Assembly (NCBI GenBank): GCA_964187785.1
Contig: OZ076409.1
Location: forward strand, 46,130,001-46,194,000
Reading direction: 5' to 3'
DNA from: Amphiscolops sp. MND2022
Lineage: Eukaryota
DNA length: 64,000 bases
Position numbers and translations under genes: made by a program. The notes beneath the pieces were generated by a model. That model did no database searches. It was not told the DNA's origin and saw only the letters and a program-made list of their open reading frames with translations. Below, piece by piece: positions 58,244-64,000 of this stretch; within the stretch, counting starts at the first letter, position 1, and each line of letters starts with the position of its first letter.

Positions 58244-61200
58244 CGTAACGTCCAGCAGTTTTACAATTTTACAAAACTTCGATGAAAAATTCGAAATGTG
58301 CGATTCAAAATGGCCGACTTGACAGGTACTGGAAATTGAAAAGGATGATGGAAAAGAGGAAAAAGACACCACACACCCCCCCACCCAGCCCGAGAGAGAA
58401 CACCTTGCCGTAGAAGTATCCCCGAAATCGCCGTGTGGTGCCATCTCACTTGGAAGACGTCCCAGTTACCAGTGGAACCCGAAAATGGCCCAGAAGATGA
58501 AGAAACTGAGAAGTTTGCATATTTTCCATGTGCCACCTAGCAAGTCAAAGACTAGCTGACACTGACGCTTGATGTTTGTTCAATCCATTGTACCGTATTT
58601 GTGGTTTTTGCGGATGTTTGGTGATGTTTAACCCCTATTTTTCTTAATTTAGACGTTATTCAACTAATTAAAATGTACTTTAGCTAAACCCCTGTTTTCG
58701 GACCTCGGAGGGGTTTAGCTGTAGTAAGACATCTGTCTTTTGTTTAAGCACCCTAGGCATTATCCCTTTTCTGTGATGTACTCTGCTAGGTGGCTGACGT
58801 TACATCTAGAATAGTTTTTTTGGCGCCCCACAAGGGACAATTATCAATCTTTTTGTCATAATAGGAGTTTTTCCTGCTTTCCGGTCCCGGAGGGTCCAGA
58901 TCTAGGAAAACTTATTGGAGAGTCCTAGAGTATTTTCATTGCTTTTGTCAAGCCTAGTAGGCTTTCTTCCAACAGAATTCCTGCGTTTCCTGCATGTTTC
59001 CGAGGTCCGGAACGAGAAATAACCGATTTATAGCAAATTACCGTTTTGATACCGTTTCCGTTTGTTGAAATTAACCATCCGGCTTAACCGGATTTATGTC
59101 AAAGTGTTTGTAGCCACATTTCAGCTTAGTTGTAATGTATTGGGACTGCAGGGACGTAGCGTGAGCGCCTCCACTAGCTGTGACGACGGAGTGACGTCTT
59201 TCACGGCAACACCCTCTTGACCCACTGGTGGATCACGACAAATCGACTGGGTTACAATGTCCCTTTTTGTTTTTGTGGCTTCAAAAGCCTATTCCCAGGC
59301 GTACCCGCATCAGTAAGAACTGAGAAAAATACCACTGGGTATTCCGATTGTTTTCTGAAAAAATATAGCGAGTTAGCTATAACACCTGATTTTTGACTCG
59401 ATTTTCAACTTGGTTACTCTCAAAAGCCAAAATTTTTCAGAGGAGGGTGCGGCCAGTGGGAAAACCTGAAAAACGTTTCAACAAACCTATCAAGTCTGGA
59501 ACCAAACCTTTTGTTTAGCTAAAATTTAAGAACCCGTCAAATTTGGCCATTTTGACCAATTTTGACAAGGGCGAAGCCTTGGGCGTTTGATCCCAAGCTC
59601 CTAAAACAGCCCAAAACACTTTTTTCTGAACCTGGTAGTACAGAACACTACTGCCAGGACGTTTTCTAGCTTTCCCCAATATAAATTGAAATTTTAACCC
59701 TTGATTTTTATTGATATATATAGACCTGAGTAGAGGACTACACAGACCTGAGAGTTATAACACCAAAACTAACAATTGAAACAACCCCAGTCCCCTGAGT
59801 AAAGTTATTACACCTCACGACGTTACGTTTAGATCCATTCGGAACATCTGGGAACCGAGAAATAAAAAGTTCCTAGGGAAAATACGTGTTTTTCATATTG
59901 TTCCCAAAGTGTAAAAGGTGTAACTTGAAAATTTTTTTGAGAGACCATATTTGGAACTTGCCAGGTTTCGCTTGCCTATTTTCTATTAGTACAGAGTGTA
60001 CCGTTGCAAACGCAGCAAACCGCGAGAGATTCCAGCAATTAGTTGCCGGAAAATTGCCAAAAACGTGTAATTTCAGTGACAATTTCGGAACACTGGAGTA
60101 GTATTCCTGAGAAATCTCTCCTAGTCAGAGCAACCCAAAACAAATTGCACCATCGTGTAGACTGGAAAAGGTTACGTTAGTGGTGTAATTTTCCTTGCGC
60201 TAGCGTTACCAGTGATTGAGAAATCTTAGCCAGAGCTTTGCTCAAAATTTGTACGAAATTGTCGAAAAAATCGAATTTTAGTTGGGCATAGTGCAGTACC
60301 TTGCGAGTATCCCAGCACTAAAATTCTTGCATTTTTGTACACACGGCACTAGATCCCGACGATTTGTGCATTTTGAGCAGCTTGCTACTGTCCAACTTGG
60401 AGAATGTGACATTTTTGTGAAATTAGACCCGAAAAGGTGACATATAGGGTACATCATAGTTTTGTCAATCCGGATTGCAGTATATTGACTTGGGCACCCC
60501 GCTAAAATGTTTATCAGTTATGTGGGCATACTTCACGCTCGCATACCAAATTTCAGGAAGCTAGGAGGCCTAGAACGCGAGTTTGACAGACTTGTGTGAA
60601 TTTCACGACATAGTCGATTTTTTGAACAACATTGTTACGCGGCCCCAAGTCACGTGTCATCAATATTGACGCAATCAGAGGTTAATTTCCCTGAATTTAG
60701 CTAGTATTGTCAAAGGTGTGAAGTTTTCGAGTCGCTACTATCTCTAGAAGTGTTTTTCACTTTTCCCAGGCGTGCATATTGGCGAAAAAACTGGCAACTT
60801 TGTGAATTTTTGCAAAAAATCGCACAGTTTTCGTAGATGTAGTAGCAAGTGAGGGCTTAAACAACCCTAGTTCTACCCTAGCTACCTATAGCACGTCTCT
60901 TTGAAGCATTTGGAATAAAGCTGGCTCAACGCTAAGATCTTGGGTTCGTCGAAAAAACTGCTTACGAGACATAGAGGTGAAAAACCGAAAATGGAAATTC
61001 GCCTCCTGTCTGCTATCAAAGTCACCTAAGTGCAAATTATTCGTTAAGAACACGCATGCTTGTTGCCCGGTGTACCCTGTGGATGCTGGAGGCTGTTTAC
61101 TGGCACTTTTAGAGGTTCAGACATTGAACGCAGTGCGTCTCAAAACAGAACTACAAAGACAGTGGTGACTGCCATGGTTGAAAAAGAACGCTTTTTCTGA

Positions 61201-62551
61201 TCGTGCTACAATCGTAAGGCAAGAAATCACTTCAAACTCAGTGCCCTTCCTTTTACTCAATCCCAAGGCCTATTCCCCAGTCCCTGATCACATTTACGTC
61301 CTTACTTGTGCTCTCCGGAAACAGGGCAGCATGGGTGACAAAAAGATTTTTCAGACAACCTAACGTGCGTAGCCTAGCAGGCTTCTTAAGAAACAGTGTT
61401 CGTTGCTCAATTGATGCCTAAGGTGTTCCTTGAATCTCGCTACCACTATTGTGCGAACCATGTCGATGTGAAAACACCGGACAAGAGATTGGCCCGGGGA
61501 GTACCTTGTACCCTCCTGAGAGAAATCAACACAGAGCACGATAAAACACCCGGAGCCTCGAAGCTCTGAATACTGCTTGGCCAACGGTCGTATTTTTAAA
61601 TTTCAAATGATTGCTCTGAAACTTGTTTTTAATGCCAAAATTTGTTTTAATGATCTATCTTGCCTGATTTTTAACTTCCATGAGTCTTTGTCTACCATAG
61701 CCATCGACATAACCATCCTCTAGATAAGCAGTTTCCTATCATCTCTTACATATACACTGGTGCTTATACTACCTAGACAATACATTTATCTGAGCATACA
61801 CTGCTAACACAATACACTGAATGGGTTCTCACTTTTGGTGGTATTTTTGAAATTTTGATCGCTATTTTCCGATTGGTGCTATTTATTGTGCAGTTTCTGT
61901 TGGCCATGAACTACAACACTTTAGCAAGACCACAGCTGTTACTTTTTTTTTTCGTTTTTCAAGTGCTCTCGTGCATTTTGTAAAACCAAACCTATCGGGT
62001 GGGCCCCCGGCTAATGCCAAACCTGTTGTGATGAGTGCTTTTTATACAGATGCAGTAAAATCAAGTGCTAGAAAGTTTGGTGCGAAATAAAAAGTTTGAA
62101 AACTTTTTGAATTTATTGCCGAGTATCTAAAGTTGCTAATGCTATTCCAGTGCTAGAACCCATTGCTGGTGTCGAACATATGGAAGCCTGCTAGGGCCCA
62201 AAAACTGGGTAATGACCTTTCTCTGGGCAACGACTTCCGTTTAGATTCCTGAAGTACTATGTTACAACAGCATCACTGGATGATGGCAACCAAGATATGA
62301 ACATCCACTCTCGTTTGTCGAGGACGACAAACTACGGCCCGGGGAGGATGTAACGTCCAGCAGTCGGCGAACGAGTTTTACAAAATTTCGATGAAAATTC
62401 GAAATGTGCGATTCAAAATGGCCAACCTGACAGGTACTGGAAATTAAAAAGGATGATGGAAAAGAGGAAAAAGACACCACACACCCCCACCCAGCCCAAG
62501 AGAGAACACCCCGCCGTAGAAGCATCCCCGAAATCGCCGTGTGGTGCCATC
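58244..62551 (+). mobile_element. Related non-autonomous LTR retroelement (5' LTR 58244-58804, truncated 3' LTR 62349-62551)
   Basis: LTR ends gacgttaca. PBS-like tggcgcccca at 58821. PPT-like cccggggagga precedes tgtaacgtcc. The interior is collinear with the reverse complement of 51835-55760. Confidence 0.85.
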
Positions 62552-63786
62552 CAGGGATTTCGATTCCTTAAAGTTCCAGAATCGGAATCGCCATGATGAG
62601 AGTCGAATCGGGAATAGGAATCGGGTCGATTCTGGACCTCGGAATCGGGAATCGGAATCGAATGCCAAGCTACTCTGAAATGGAATCGAATCGAATGTAT
62701 TATTAACTAAAAATAGTTATAATTATATAATTACGATTAACTCAAACTTGGGCAACAAAAACAAAAATTATGACAACTTAAGTTTTTCAAATCAAGCAAA
62801 CATGATCAAAAACAAGTAGAATTACATGCGGGAAAACAATATTTTGCGATTTAAGAACACGTTTCTTGAATTACTGGCGGTAGACAAGCGGTTCTGAAGA
62901 AAATTTCTACTCAATCTCGCAAAGGAAAACATCCGTTCTGTATCCACGCTGGTTGGGCGAAAGATGTCAAGCCATTCTAAGATCTCAAAGTTGTCCATCT
63001 CAGTTCATGCTTCAAAATCATGGAACGATATGCCACTAGCTTCACTATACATGTGATCAGCAATTGGAATTTGGACAGATAACTCATCCGATAAAGCCTT
63101 GGCCCGCACTTTCTCAAAAATTGGACATGTTTCATGCAAAATGCTTTGCACCACTTGATTGCTCTTAATCCATTTGGTGAGAACTGACGTGATTGGTCCA
63201 GTTTATAAAAGTTCTCTGCGTCCAAGATGTTGCAAAGACTTAATCACTTTAATCACAAATAGGATGACTTGTACGGAATTTGCGACTGATCCGCTGTTGC
63301 TTCTCGCTTTCCTGTGCATTTCCCAGCATGCTTCGTCACAGCAGAAGTGGAAGAATAGGGGCTTTTATTGCAACTGTCACACTCCACACATTTCCGATAT
63401 TCTGTCTTTTGCCCATTTTTATATTCAACCAAAAATTGCGACGACCACGAATGACCCTTCTCAGTTTTGTACTCATAGACCACAGCCACATCATGTTGGT
63501 TGTCAGTTTCGGACATTTTTTATTTCTTAAAAATAAAAACAAATTAAAACAAAGTTGTTTTTTAATTCCTAAAAAAAAACAAATTCCATGAAAAAAAGTG
63601 TAGTGCGTCTTCTCAAAAAAAGAGAATCGGAACCGACCCGTTTTTTGTCTTGGACCTTGGATTAATCTGGATCACCGCCCTGGGAATCGGGAATCGAAAA
63701 TCGAATTTGAAAAATTTGGAATCGAGAATCGAGCGCTTGAGAATCGGGAATCGGAATCGAAAATCGAATCGGGATCGATAACCCTG
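62552..63786 (-). mobile_element. hAT element, internally deleted, with BED-finger remnant
   Basis: TIRs cagggatttcgattcc / gggatcgataaccctg. TSD gtgccatc/ttgccatc. ggaatcg subterminal repeats. ORF 63253-63516 has VECDSC...STSAVTKHAGKC. Confidence 0.8.
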
Positions 63787-64000
63787 TTGCCATCTGTATA
63801 AAACCATAATCAGACCACAGTTATCATATGCGGAGCCGATATGGGCCCAAAGAAACTATGCAAGCCTAAAGATTGTACAAAATCGAATCATTCGCTCCAT
63901 AATGAAACACAGCATGTCTCCAAAGATAACAGCTATTGAAGTGTTGATGGGGGTTCCTCCTATAGATATTTATTGTTCTTCAATTGAAATAAAATTTTTA

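Overview
AT-rich, extremely repeat-dense eukaryotic DNA that looks invertebrate; the taxon is not determined. I can support one host gene: a spliced nicotinamidase (PNC1/Naam-type) on the minus strand at about 22579-24618, with intact catalytic motifs and GT-AG introns. Almost everything else is transposon-derived. There are two families of non-autonomous Helentron/DINE-like elements (one forms a nested ~502-bp tandem array and carries tRNA-like cassettes), Tc1 relics, hAT elements and MITEs with 8-bp TSDs, a CRE-like LINE relic, three long APE-type LINEs, two related non-coding LTR elements in head-to-head orientation, and a 2.9-kb tandem duplication. An assembly gap lies at 46216-46415. Two observations stand out. 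(1) Two structurally different LINEs start with the same 31-nt AG-ending leader, which looks like a trans-spliced leader fossilised by retrotransposition. (2) Two different LINEs join ORF1 and ORF2 in frame across a single TGA-CTA with no ORF2 start codon, the classic stop-codon readthrough context.
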